DNA from: the human T2T-CHM13v2.0 reference genome, Homo sapiens
Length of the DNA: 64,000 nucleotides
Direction: 5' to 3' (one strand)
Assembly (NCBI RefSeq): GCF_009914755.1
Contig: NC_060937.1
The translations under genes and the position numbers were made by a program. Below are positions 30,930 to 48,905 of the stretch, in pieces; position 1 is the first letter of the stretch, and each line of letters starts with the position of its first letter. The notes under the pieces were generated by a model that was given only the letters and a program-made list of their open reading frames with translations, ran no database searches and was not told the DNA's origin.

Positions 30930-32240
30930 ACTAGATATCAATCTGATAAATAACTTTTATTCATTATAGTTTTAATTTGCATTTCTCTTATTAATTTTTG
31001 TTTTAAAACCATTTTCTTTCCAGTTCTACGATCTGTTAACATATTTTTCCCACTTTTCTATTGGGTTGGTTGTCTTTTTCTTATTGATTTGTTAAAACTC
31101 TTTATAACAGAAATTGGTCATTTGTGATATGAGTCTGAACTGTGTTTCTCAATTTGTGATTTTTCTCTTTACTTTTTTAATGGTGTCTTTTTCTTGTAGT
31201 TTTTTTAATGCAGGTGGAATTATCAGTCTTTCATTTTTTTCTTCTGTGTTCTACCTGTTTCACAGGTAGAAAAGCCTTAGCTCTTTGAGATTATGTTTAA
31301 ATGCCCTGTATTTTCATCTAGTGGTTTTATGGTTTTATTTTGTATGTTTTTTTCATCCACCTGGAATTTATTTTGCTGTTAAAATATGAATTAGAGATCC
31401 AACTTAATTTTTTTCAGATGGTTGTTGACTTATTGCAATATCATGTGTTATATAATCCATCTTTACTGATTCGTTGCTAATTGGTTTCTGGACTTTTAAG
31501 GCTATCTGATGAACTGTTGATCTGGTACCACACTGTTTCAATTATTGTAGTCTTAAAATTGCTGTACGCTTTGGTAGGGATAATTTTCTGTTAAGTGTTT
31601 TTGTTTTTTATAATTTTCCAATTAGTCTTGCTCATTTTTTATATAAACTTTGAAATCAATTTTTCTGATTTTCAAAAGAAAAAAAATCCTGTTTAGTATT
31701 CTTAGTGGAATGAATTAAATTTCCATAGCAATTTAGGGAAATTTGACTTTCTTAACGTGTTGAGTGTTAAACCCACAGGTGGTAGCATGACATTGACTCC
31801 TCAGCCAAGCATATTATCAACTGTCGGAAACTAGGTTTTCCCATAGTGATCCAAGAAACTAGTACGAAATGCCTTTCTGATTTTTTAAAACTTGTATACA
31901 TATATAGTACATATTATATATACTTATATATTAAGTAATCAGAAGTATGTGTTTCTCAATCACCTTTTAAAGACTTCTTTATATAGCTCTTGTACATTTC
32001 TTGATATGAATATGTTAATGTTTTCTTTCATTATGTTGCATATGGCTTTTGTTTTCTGCATGAAAACTATTGATTTCTGCATTCTAATTTTGTTCCCAGT
32101 CACCTAACTGAATTCTTCTAACAGTTGTAATAAATTTCTGGTTGGCTCTCTTGTGTTTTCTAGGTAAACAACCGTATTGTCTGCAAATAATCATTATTTT
32201 TGTCTTTTCTATTCAATTTTTTACCTCTAATTGTTGCTCC
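30930..32240 (-). mobile_element. Old L1M remnants, antisense
   Basis: T-rich L1 phrases: gttttaatttgcatttctct; catccacctggaatttattttg; tattgtctgcaaataa. Confidence 0.65.
32129..32134 (+). terminator. Candidate distal polyadenylation signal AATAAA
   Basis: AATAAA followed by U/GU-rich sequence (ttgtgttttc). Confidence 0.4.
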
Positions 32241-32572
32241 TTCAACTTAAAAATGAAAACTCCAAAGCAAGCAAAAACAAGGAAATAATAAAGAGCAGGT
32301 ATCAATGAATTTGATTATGGAAAAACTATAGAGAAAAATTAACAAAACCAAAAGCTCATTCTTTGAAAAGATTAGTAAAAGTTACAAGCCTCTAGCAAGA
32401 CTGACAAAAGAAAAAAGACACAAATTACTAATATCAGGAATAAAAGGAGATACCAGACTGCAGACATTAACGGAACAGTAAGAAAATAGTACAAACAAAC
32501 AAACAAAAAAACATTCTCTACTAACATAAATATGGCAATTTAGATGAAATAACCAATTCTCTGAAGACTATA

Positions 32573-32948
32573 TGGCAAGAACTATAAAAGGTCTGAGATT
32601 TTACATACTTACAAGCTAACTAACCTGTTACAGCAAGCACCATGAGCTTCATGTTGGTTTACCTTGGTTATACATATATCTGAAGTTTATGGAGGCAATA
32701 CAGGCAGGACTACATGAATATTCCACATGCAGTGGATTTGTGTTGCACCCAAGGAACACTGAACCTAGACAGTTTATCTTCTTTATAACTGGCTCTTTGT
32801 CAAGGGGGAAACATTTCCTCATCCTGCTCACTATATACACAACCTTGAGACATGGCCTAGATAAAGAGTAGTTAGAGCCTCGTGTTCTTGGTCTCCCCAT
32901 TAGGAACATGCAGGGATGCAAAAGGATGGTGGACTGCCTCTCCCAACA
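32573..32948 (-). mobile_element. Old solo LTR (LTR40-like) inside the L1M
   Basis: TG...CA ends; the minus strand starts tgttgggagaggcagtccaccat; L1 sequence resumes on both sides. Confidence 0.5.
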
Positions 32949-33272
32949 TCGCAAACTACCAAAACCCACTCAAGAAATAAATATCCAAAATAGTCCTATA
33001 ACTATCAAAGGAATTGAATTCTTATTTAAACAACTTTTGAAATAGAAATCTCTAGTCCCAGATGGTTTCATGGGTAAATTCCACCAAACATTTAAAGAAA
33101 TAACACTGATTCTACACAATCTATTCCAGAAAAATAGAAGAGGTGGGAGAGAAAGGTGCAAAGGCAAGTTTGTGAAGAAAGGAATGCTTTTGATGCTTTT
33201 GCAACAAATGATGTTGAAACTAATGGACATCCATATGCAAAATAAATGAACCTCAACCTAATTCTCTCACCT

Positions 33273-33953
<681 letters not shown>

Positions 33954-35077
33954 CACCTCATACAAATATTAAAAGGAATCATAGATCTAAATGTAAAACA
34001 TAAAACTAGAAAACTTTTAGAACACAGGAGAAAATCTTTATGATGAGGTTATGCAAAGAATTCTTAGACACCTAAAACATAATCCACAGAAGATAAAAAA
34101 TGGCAAATTTGATTTCAAAATGAAAAACTTTTGTTCTGCAAAAGACACTGTCAAGAGAATGAATAGACAGGCAATAGTCTGGGAGAATATTTGTAAATAT
34201 GATAAAGTTTAATAAAGGATTCCATATAAAGAATGTATTAAAAACTCTTAAAACTCTACAGTGAGAAAGCAACCCAATTAAAAAATGAGCCAAAATCTTG
34301 AACAGACATTTCACCAAAGAATAAATATACAGCTAGCAAATTAACACATGAGAAGATGTTCACTATAATTAGTCATTAGGGAAATGCAAATTAAAAGGTT
34401 GGAGAGATACTACTACACATCTATTAAAATAGCTAAAATAAAAATACTGAAATTACCAAGTCCTGGAAAGGATGTGGAGCAGCTGGAACTCTCCTACATT
34501 GCTTGTGGGAATGCAAAATAGGAGAGCCATTCTGAAAAACAGTTTTGCAGTTTCTTATAAAGTTAAATTACCATATGACCCAGCAATTCCACTCCTTGGT
34601 ATTAACCCTAGAGAAATGAATGGCTCATACAAAAACCTGTGCATACTGTTTATAGCAGCTCCATTCATAATTATAAAAAACAACGACCCAGATGTCCTGA
34701 ATTGATAAAGTATGATGTATCCCTACAAAGGAATATTATTAGTAATAAAAGGAAACTTGATTCACACAACTTGTATGAGAATCAAAGGCCTTATGTTGGA
34801 TGAAAGAAGCTAGTCTTAAAAAGTTACATGTTATTGTATGATTCAACTTAGATGGCATTCTCATATAGACAAAGCTACAGTAATGGGGAAAACATCAGTG
34901 GTTGCCAGGAATTACAGGTAAGGACAGGGTATGATTACAAAGGGGTAACACCAAGGAGTTTTGAGGGAGGTGATGGAACTCTTCTTTATCTTGACTGTGT
35001 AGTGGTTATCTCAGTCTAGATGTATGTTAAAATTCAAAGAATTGTATATTAAAGAAGTCAATTTTACTGTATCATGA

Positions 35078-36897
<1,820 letters not shown>

Positions 36898-37040
36898 TCA
36901 TCATCCAAGAATATGATGATATAATTATTCTCTTTTGTTCTATCAACATGGTGAGCAGCAGTAATAGATTTCCTGATGTAGAACCATCATTCAATACATT
37001 TTGGAAAGTTTTATCATCCCAAACTGATGAGATTTTTTTA

Positions 37041-37821
<781 letters not shown>

Positions 37822-40800
37822 TAGGTGCTGTAAAATATGGCTGGTTAGGTATAAAAGATGTTGAAACCTTTCACAATTAGAAGGTATTATGATATACTGG
37901 AAAAGAGCATGGCCTTTGTGGCAAGACAGACCTGAATTCAAATCTTGGCTGTGCCATTTTTCAACAATTTTCTTATTTGTAATCTGTTTCAGAGCAAACA
38001 GTCATTCTTTTAGTACAGGAAAAGGTCCTACAAGATAGAGTGAGAAGTGGCCAGATCTGAGAGATGAGTTCTGATATTAGGAGCTCATGGAATTGTTGTA
38101 AAGATTATGTATGGTGCTTGTTCCCACTCAGTGCAATGCTCATTGTTTATAGACCTGAAGGTTTTGTGTAAAATTTTCAGCGAGCCTGATGTTCTTCCTA
38201 ATCTGTCTGTTCGTGGAGATAATATTTAAATGTGCATGAGATGAAATGTTTGTTTTAAATAATCATACATATGTGGTTAGAACAGAAAGTTAGGTGTGTT
38301 TGGGATATGTTCAAGATTCTAATTCACACATGACTGCATTCCAACTTACTCCCACACAAAATAAACTTTTAAATCTCTTGCCTAGCCTGTGAGCCTTATA
38401 GATCTTTCAGAAGATTAGTTTTTAAGACTTACTCAGAAGTCAATGTTTGTAAAAGGCTTTTTTTTTTTTTTTTTTTTTTTTTGGCGAGGGGGCCAGGGTA
38501 AGTAAGAGACAGATTGTTTCAGTGCAAAGTGGTTTCTTTCTGGGTACACCACAGATTGATCTAACTTATGTTCCTCGTCAAATTAGTAGACTATGTTTTA
38601 TTTCATTTTGTAAAGACAGCAGCTTTTGTGGAAATAAATGATACCTGGTAGTTGTTAAATTTTAATATTTCCAAACTAACAAGGCTTTTAAATCCCTGTG
38701 AATTCTATCTTTGATTGTTCTTCAAAGAATGTAGAGTGGTTCATAGAGTTAACCTGAGAATTCAAGATGGAAAACATTCCTGGCAGAGGAAGGTTGGGTT
38801 TTAAACACATAGCAAAAATTACAGATTATGGCTTCTATCTAGATTTTAAGGTCATAGGTCTTTCACCTTTTAAAATATGAATTCCCTTCTAGAGAGCAAC
38901 ATTTCCTGCCAGCTCTTCAGCTTCCAGGAACCCCTCTCTCAGATCCAGCCACTCCTCACTCTATCCAGTGAGAACTCTTCAGTGTGCTAAAAGAATCACT
39001 GTTTGCTCCAAACCAGATGTTTCCCTCCAGGGCTCTGCTTTAAGTCGGTAAGGCAATATTTCCTGCCCTTTGTCTTCTCCGTATTTTTCATACTTCTCCT
39101 CTTTATCATAATGTTGTTTTAGTTTTTCTGATTCTTGATGATACACCACTGTCAGCTCAAGCTTATGCTGAATTTCAACAGCTGTGACATGTCTAAACTG
39201 CATTATCTCGAAAACATTGGCTCTAGTGAAAACTAGAAAGGAGCCAAATTAATAAAACAAAACATTTCAAAGGGTTCCTATGGATACATCCTGAAACTAG
39301 GAAGTACATACTGAGTTGAGTTGACTCACTCAGCCTGTAATAGCCTCTTCTACACTGCTGCAGCATTTGTGTACACACTGTATAATACATGCTTCAGGAG
39401 AATTGGAGCATCTGATGATTGCAATCACATCACTAAAGGTGCACCTTGTTGCCTATGAAATCCATTCTTAAATGGGTTATTGTGTTTGAAGTGATTTATT
39501 ACAATCTTTAGAGATAAAATATAAATACCATACTAGGGGTGTGGAAACCAAGGTACAAAATGATATGTTTTATGTAGAGGAGTAATCAGAAAATAATGAG
39601 TATGCATTCTAATAAGGGTAAAGTCACTAGAGCAGATTGAAAAGACTTCCTTTTATTGCAAGTTGAACCTGTGCAAAGCTGGACTCAGGCAGTAATAACA
39701 TGATGCTACGTTCCTTTGCCTCTGGTTTTATGAGATCTTTATGCGTCCAGTGTGACTTTCTTCTTTATATATTCATGTTTTAGTTTTAATATATCTGCCT
39801 TGAGTTTGATTTTTTTTTTTTAGGGAGCTTCTGGGCAGGAATGTAAACACTACTGTACAGCCTCTGGGTTATAAGTGGTGGGGGCGGAGGTGGTGGCGGA
39901 GGAGGAGTCAGAAAAGGAGGAATAGATTCTGAAGTGAAGATCAGCTTATTTTTTATTTGAAAAGGAAATGCTTTTTATCTCCTTATATATAATGACTTTT
40001 TTCTGGGTTATTTGCGTATGCTTGGCCTTTTCTGTTAGTTCTTCATCTTTTTCTTTACACTTGCTAAGAACTGTGCCTACAATGCATATTGAAAATATTT
40101 TTCCTGCTTTGTGATTTGCTTTTCAGTTTTTTATATGATTGTTTTGGCATACAGAAATTTAAAGCTTTCATATAATCAAGTATGTGAATATTTTCCTCTG
40201 GGGTTCCTGCGTTTGGTTTTCTTCAGTACCCAAGATTCCATCTTCACTGGCATCTGTATACACTAATGCCATGGCTTCAATTGTTACAATCAATCTTTAA
40301 TCTACTTGGAATTTATTTTTATATAAAACAATAGTTCTTATCCAGGCTATGCATTAGAATCACATGAGAAAAAAAATATTCATGCCTAGATTCCATCCCA
40401 GACTAATTTGTCGAGAATCTCTGAGGGTGGGGTGTGGTCACTGTATTGTTTCTGAATTTCTGCAAGTGACTTGAGATGTACAACCAGACTCAAGAACCGC
40501 TGTGTAAAGGGTCAGGTAGGGATCCAACATTTTCTTTTTCCAAATTGTTCCAATCCACCCTGCAAAGACATTTTTGAAGAATGCTGATGTACAAATTGCC
40601 ATGATAAAATAAATGTTAAGTTAAAAAAAAATGAAAACTTCATATATGCCAATACTCTCCAATTCCAACTTTGTGCTACTATATATAGTATTATATAAGA
40701 ACTGAAAAAATGCAACCAAATCTTGATGATTATCTCAGGGTGGTGGAATTTAGATTTTCTTATTTATCCTTTTCTTCATTTTCCAAATACTCTACAAAGA

Positions 40801-40872
40801 TCATGTTTTACTCTTTGTAATAAGAAAAATTGTAAAAGAATTTTAATATTTAAAAATCAAAGATTATCATCT

Positions 40873-41715
<843 letters not shown>

Positions 41716-41901
41716 TTACTGACCAGGAATCTAAAGCCTCCAGGGATAAAAATTTGCTGAAAACACGTGGTCACATAGAAGCAGAACCAAGACCAGAACA
41801 GGCAAAACTGATCTATGGTGATAGAAATAAGAGCAGTGAGAGCTGATTGGAAGGGGACACAAGAGAACTTTCTGGGGTGCTAGAAATATTCTTATTTTGA
41901 C

Positions 41902-42856
41902 TGAATATTGGTTACATGGATATATACACTTATCAAAATTCACCAAAATGTACACTTAAGATGCATACATTTTACTCTATGTAAATTTTACCTAAAAATA
42001 TTTTTAAAGATGCCATTGTAATCACAGCTATGAAGGGAGCTAACAAAGTTGTTCCACATAAGATGGGGACATAACTAACTAGGCACGAGGCATAGAAGCA
42101 AAATTCATATTGGACTTAAAATCCAATGACTAAGTTATAGAGTAGATTTTACTCTACAAGACCTGAATATGTTAAATGGAAGCATTACATGGAAGAACTG
42201 GAAATGTATTATTTTGTTTTACTTAGTCTAGCTAGGCTAAACCCAGTGGAATGTTAGATTAAATTGGATTTTAATATTTTGAGAGGACTATTGAAGAGAG
42301 TAGAAGAAAATTAGCTAAAACAATGTAAAGTAGATCCTATGAGGAAATGTAAAACGACAGATAGTTACAAGGATTAAAGAAAAGGCTGAGGGGACTTCTT
42401 AAAAACAAAAATGTAAATGAGGCTGGGCGAGGTGGCGCACACCTGCAGTCCCAGTACTTTGGAAGGCTGGGGTGGGAGGATCGCTTGAGCCCGGGAGTTC
42501 AAGACCGGACTGGCAACATAGTGAGACTCCATCTCTACAAGTATATATATACACACTCGTAGACTAGTATAGTCTATACTAGTATACACTAGTGATATAC
42601 TGTATCACTAGTCTATAACTTAGTTATTGGATTTTAAGTCCAATATGAATTTTGCTTCTATGCCTTGTGCCTAGTTAGTTATGCCCCCATCTTATGTGGA
42701 ACAACTTTGTTTGTCAGCTCCCTTCATAGCTGTGATTACAATGCCATCTTTAAAAAAATATTTTTGGGTAAAGTTTACCTAGAGTAAAATGCATGGATCT
42801 TAAGTATACATCTTGGTGAATTCTGATAGATGTATACATCCATGTAACCAACATCA
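41902..42856. repeat. Long inverted repeat with arms 41902-42141 and 42612-42856
   Basis: By hand alignment the ~240-bp arms are reverse complementary, with about 17 substitutions and 3 small indels; spacer 470 bp. Confidence 0.95.
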
Positions 42857-43012
42857 TATATATATCTGGGCATGGTGGTAAGCGCCTGGGTTCCAGCTAC
42901 TCGGGAGGCTGAGGTGGGAGGATCACTTGAGCCCAGGAGTTAGAGCTGCTGTGAGCTATGATATCACCCTACTGCACTCCAGCCTAAGCAACAGAGCAAG
43001 ACCATGATTCTA
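42421..43012 (+). mobile_element. AluJ split by a ~320-bp non-Alu insertion in its A-rich linker
   Basis: Left arm 42421-42540, right arm from about 42865. TSD core gtaaatga at 42413-42420 and 43025-43032. Confidence 0.88.
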
Positions 43013-43744
43013 TTTTTTTTTTAAGTAAATGAAGGGGAAGTGTGTGATATGGAGGACATAGCTCTTTTATATTTCACAGATAACAGAATTATATGCAATA
43101 ATTCAAAACTATGGTAAAAGCAATTTAGGTTAGACTTTTAGAAAGAACTTAGTGATTGGGCATGCTCCCCCCTGCCAAAAGTCAGTCGCCATAGTCCAAT
43201 GCTGATGGTGCTACCGGAAGCAAAGGAAAGGACAACTGGCCACTGAGAGCCTCTCTCAGCCCTGAGTTGGGGACCACAGGACATCTGAGAGTATTACTTA
43301 ATGGAATCCATGAAAGAAAAACTCTAAGTCAGTACACATCCTCATTCATTTAGGCTCTCATCAACTATGGAAGGAAGGAAGCTGTTTGTTAATTTTTAAG
43401 AAATGATTAATAAGAATCCTTTGGCTTTTGATCCTCAGGGCTCACCTTAGGTGTGAGTTCCTCTGGGAAGCCTCTCTGGCTCCCCTAGCTCCCAGGTGGG
43501 TTAGATACCCCTCCCTTATGCTCCTGTGGTTCTTGCCTTGCCATACTGCACTTCAATTTTCCATTTTCTTCCTCTTCTCTACGCTTTGAGCTCCTTGAGG
43601 GCAAGAACTGTATCACTAGTCTATTCTCAAAACTTAGCAGGAAGCCTAACACATAATAGGTACTCAATAGATATTTGTTGAAAGATGACCACCAGCCTAA
43701 TTAAGTTGGCTAATGGGAAAAATGACTTCCTAATGGCTACATGC

Positions 43745-44026
<282 letters not shown>

Positions 44027-45451
44027 TCATTTTAATTGAAAATTCCTTTTTTCTCTTACTCCATTGTAAAACTAAATACACAAGAAAATTAGAGGAGTTT
44101 AATAGGGGAAAATTAGAAAGTATAATCAAGCAAAGAATATTACAAGCAAAAAACAGAAAAACCTATCTCTACCAACTAGACACTACTGTTAATAAATTTG
44201 TATATATTCTTGCAGATTTTCCCCCTTAAGGTTAAGTATAATATAAATATCATGCACATATTAAATGGGATAATTCTATAATATTATTTCATCATGTGCA
44301 GGATATATTAATTTTTAGCACCAGTTAAAATGCCTGAACACTATTCCACTGTGTGAACATAACTTACTTAACGAATTCCTAGACATGTGGATTTTTCATT
44401 TTTATAAACAATGCTAAATCGTTTCTTAAAGATTTTTAAAGGCAAGTAGCCTCTTTCATCAAGGGGAAGGTAACATAACAGAAATGCATCTTCACTAAAA
44501 GTTCCGCTAGACTGGAGTGGACCTGTTTTATTGGGCACTCCATCTGGCATGTAGTAGGCACTAGGTGAGTTTTATAGGACAGCAAACGAGAGAAAGGGCA
44601 GGATGCCAGGATAGTAGCCTTTCCCCTCTGTAGTGAAATTCTGTACTTCTTATTCAATTCTGGATTTCGGTTTCATGCCCAAATTAACTTTTTTACTTTG
44701 CAGTACACTCATTTATTCACAGCACAAATGTAATAGTATTTCTGCTGTTAATTTTAGTTTGTTTTAATTTCCTTCCTGCTTGTAGTGTTTTCATGGTTTA
44801 TCTTTATCAGCAATATTAGTTTATGATGTCAATTCATTGTACCTTTTAAACTTTACATAGCACTTTGTACAATGCCAAGCATTTTTAGAAGTTTCATAAA
44901 TAACATTTGATGTTGTTATTGAGTTCCTACTATATCTTCTTTCATTCGTGAAGTTTTACTCACTGCTTGCTATGTCCCAAGGGGTGTGTTAGAGGTGAAG
45001 ATACAAAGGAATGAGAAAGGGGATGGAGGCTCTGTCCTCAGGAAGCTCTTACAGGTAACAGATAGGCATGGAATCAGACACAGGCATTACAGTGAGTAAG
45101 TACCAGAGGAGTTCTGCACACAGTTTAATGGAAAGACTGGAGAAAGCAACTGCAGGGTTTTGATGGTGGACAGAGAGGGCTTCATGGTGATGAAAGGCAA
45201 GGTGAAGATATTGGAATCTTGAAGAATGAGCCAGGAAGTTTACCAGAAGGCCCAAGGAAGGAAGGGCATTCTAAGCAAACTAAATGGCCCATGCAAAGCA
45301 GAGGTCTGAATGAGCTTATTTGGGGAAATACATGTTGTTTGGTAAGGCCAGAGGGCAGGACACAAGTTGGAGAGTGCCAGAAGAGGCTAGCAAGGTGGTC
45401 AATCAAAAAGCCTTTTGAATAACAGACTAAGGAATACAAATTCTACTCATG

Positions 45452-45958
45452 TATTTATGTATTTATTTTTGAGACAGAGTTTCGCTCTGTCACCCAGGCT
45501 GGAGTGCAGTGCTGCAATCTTGGCTCACTGTAACCTCTGCCTCCTGGGTTCAAGTGATTCTTGTGCTTCAGCCTCTGGAGTAGCTTGGACTTTAGGTGCC
45601 TGCCACCATACCTGGCTAATTTTTGTATTTTTGGTAGAGACAGGATTTCACCATGTTGGCCAGGCTGATCTTGAACTGCTGGGCTCAAGCCATTCGCCTG
45701 TCTTGGCCTCTGAAAGTGCTGAGATTACAGGCATGAGCCACCCTGCCTGGCCTATTTTTTAGTTCTTATTTACTTATTTATTTTTGAGGCAGGATCTCGC
45801 TCTGTTACCCAGGCAAAAGTGCTGTAGCACAATCACAGCTCACTACCGCCTCAACCTCCCGGGCTCATATGAGCTTCCCGCGTCATTTTAAAAAATTTTT
45901 GTGAAGATGAGGTCTCACTATGTTGCCTAGGCTGCTCTTGAACTCCTGGGCTCAAGTG
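45452..45958 (-). mobile_element. Alu (about 45452-45752) plus a partial AluJ (about 45770-45958)
   Basis: Alu consensus on the minus strand. Confidence 0.85.
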
Positions 45959-45959
45959 A

Positions 45960-46466
45960 GCTGGGTCCTCTTCCCTGGGTCTTACAAAGCTTCAACAAAG
46001 GTGTCAGAGTGGCTGTGTTCTTTTCTGCAGCCCATAATGTTCTTCCAAGCCTATGTGGTTGTTAGCAGAATTCAGTCCCTGTTCTCTTACTGGCTGTCAG
46101 CCACGGCCACTCTTAGCATCTAGAGGCTGCTCCCAGTTCCTTGCTATGTGGCCCTCTCCCAGGTCCTCTCTCAGCACAGCAGTTTACTTCTTCAGGGGCA
46201 GCAGGAGAATCTCTCTGACTTCTAGAGTTTAGTTTACTTCTAGACCTTCTTTAAAGGGCTCACCTGATTAGATCAGGCCCACTCAGGCTTATCTCTCTTT
46301 TGATTAACTCAAGGCCAGCTGGGGAGGGACTTGAATTACATCTGCACGATCCCTTCACTTTTGCCACACGGGGTATCACTGGAGCGCTCTCTCATCACAT
46401 TCATGGTCCTGCTTATACTCGAAAGTGTGGGTCCCTGGGGGGCATCTTAGAATTCTGCCTACCACA
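45960..46466 (-). mobile_element. MLT1-family MaLR LTR
   Basis: The minus strand starts tgtggtaggcagaattctaagatgccccc; contains aagggctcacctgattagatcaggcccac. Confidence 0.75.
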
Positions 46467-48486
46467 GAGAGTGTGTCATGAATTAAAACAGAAAGTACAT
46501 GAAGAAGGGCAATTTCATTGGGGTTAAATATTGAGTTTTGTCTTCAAATGAATATTGTTTGAAATATCTGTGTCATGTGGTAGAGAATACTGTATTTGGT
46601 GACTTTCTACATAGTACCTATGGGCTCTGACACACATTTTGTGTCAGCTCAAATCCTACAAAATCATCTTCCTAATCACTGTAGTCACCCAATGGAACAA
46701 AAGTTGTAATTGCATGGATGACAAGAGCATCTTAAAATGTCTTTGCATCGTTACAATCTTAATGTAAAAATTTCATCTTATATGCTTTCACTTCACTTAT
46801 TGTTTTGTGTCTATGACACACATATACACACACATCTTGAAATAATATAAAATTATTTCACATTACATATTTGCTTGCAGGTAGTGTGAGATATTCTTGT
46901 GAAAGGTATATGTACAAAATGCTTCTTTTACATATTTTGCCAACAGTATACATTTATTCCCCAATGCTAATGGATTCTCTGGCTTCAGGACAGAAACTAA
47001 AACACATTCTTTCTTACACTTTGAATTTTAAGAAAAAGTATCTTTATAATGATATGTTATTATGTACTGCTACAGAGTGAACCTCATGCAGTAAAATATA
47101 GTTTATGTGATGCCTGATACTACACAGTTGATGTTGGTGAATATCGCCATATTTACATTTACAGCACGTGTGTTGGCATTTTATAGGAAAAGCCTGTGTT
47201 AAAGCTACACAACTGCCCTACAAAGGTTAAAACAGTTGCCAACTGAGAGGAGGCACTGCCTGAAGCCTTTGAGACACTCTTTCTACAAGGGCAACATCAA
47301 ACAAGATGGTGGATGGCTTCATTAGCAGCCTGTTTGAATAGCATTTTCTCACTTTGAGATAAAAATGTTCTGAAGAGTTTGTTTAGGTCTACTAATGAAT
47401 ATTTCATCCCAGATGGAGAAAGCACACAGGGGAATATTGCACAAACAACTGGTCCATGAACTCTCTCACCCTTTGTGTTCAAGTGGTGTGTGTATCTGAA
47501 GAGGATGGGGCTGCATATTTGATGGCACCGACTCTTTTCAAACATGGTTTTGCTGTTGTCGTTTAGCTTTGCTTGTCTTGTGAAACAACTGAATTCTCAC
47601 TCGCGCTCTAGGAGCATAGGACACTGTTGAGAAATTAAATCAGTATGTATTGAGCAAACATCTAATTTTAGGATTTTTAAAACTCTCTCTCCTAAAGACC
47701 TCTATTAGGCTGAAACTTTACATGGAATACAAAATTAAAAGGTTTACAAATAAGTATGTTTTGCTGTGTCGTATAATGATTTAAATTTATGAGTTAAAAA
47801 AAAATCTTTGAAGTGTATCAGCCCTTACATGTTCACAAGATCTGGAGGATCAGGGCCCTCATTTGCATTTTTGTATTTTCTTTAGCTCAAAATAGATTTG
47901 ATTCAAAAACAAAATTTGGCATGAGATTAATCCATAATAGGATTTTATTGCTTCTGTTATTTTTTAAAAAAACAATGTTATGCTTTGAGGTGTGATTAGC
48001 TCATAAATACAGCAGCTACTTTTCAGATATGTCTCATTTCATTTTTTTTAGTATTCACCCTTTGGCTTCCACATTTGTGGAATGGTGTTGGAATTGTACA
48101 CTTTAGCTCACTTTCCTTTCATCTACCCAGAAGCACAAAATTTAGCACCAGTTTCTTTAGCCAGATTGTGACAAATGAGTCCTCATAGTTACTAGGTATG
48201 ACGTGTAATATATTTGAAAAGCTAACAGGTTTGCCAACAAGTACATCCAGTAGATATTAGAGTTGTAAGAAATTTAAAGTTAATGGCTGAAATGCTAGAA
48301 TTGAGTTGCCTACCTTGCCTCAGGAATATATAGTACAAGGGCTAGATTTTGCTCCATTAGACAGCTATGTAAGTAAAGATTATAGAAATCAGAACGTTTA
48401 CTGTAGTATGTTTAACAATACCCTAATTGGATCATTGTTCTTTTTCTTACAATCTATTTTGCTTGGAAAACTTGAGATCAGAATGA

Positions 48487-48884
<398 letters not shown>

Positions 48885-48905
48885 ATGGCTACTTTTTTTT
48901 TTTTT

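Larger units (their letters stand above)
24682..32170 (+). other. GPR180: GPR180 3'UTR; the proximal part is secure, the distal extent to about 32.15 kb is inferred
   Basis: AU-rich, repeat-poor sequence from the stop to about 27.8 kb. AATAAA hexamers at 24850, 24937, 25335, 25724, 26621, 30584 and 32129. I recall the human transcript having a multi-kb 3'UTR, but the end cannot be proven from DNA. Confidence 0.55.

Noticed and set aside
39875-39908. (GGN)n tract as a G-quadruplex or promoter
   Set aside because: Mostly GG doublets, and there is no CpG island around it.
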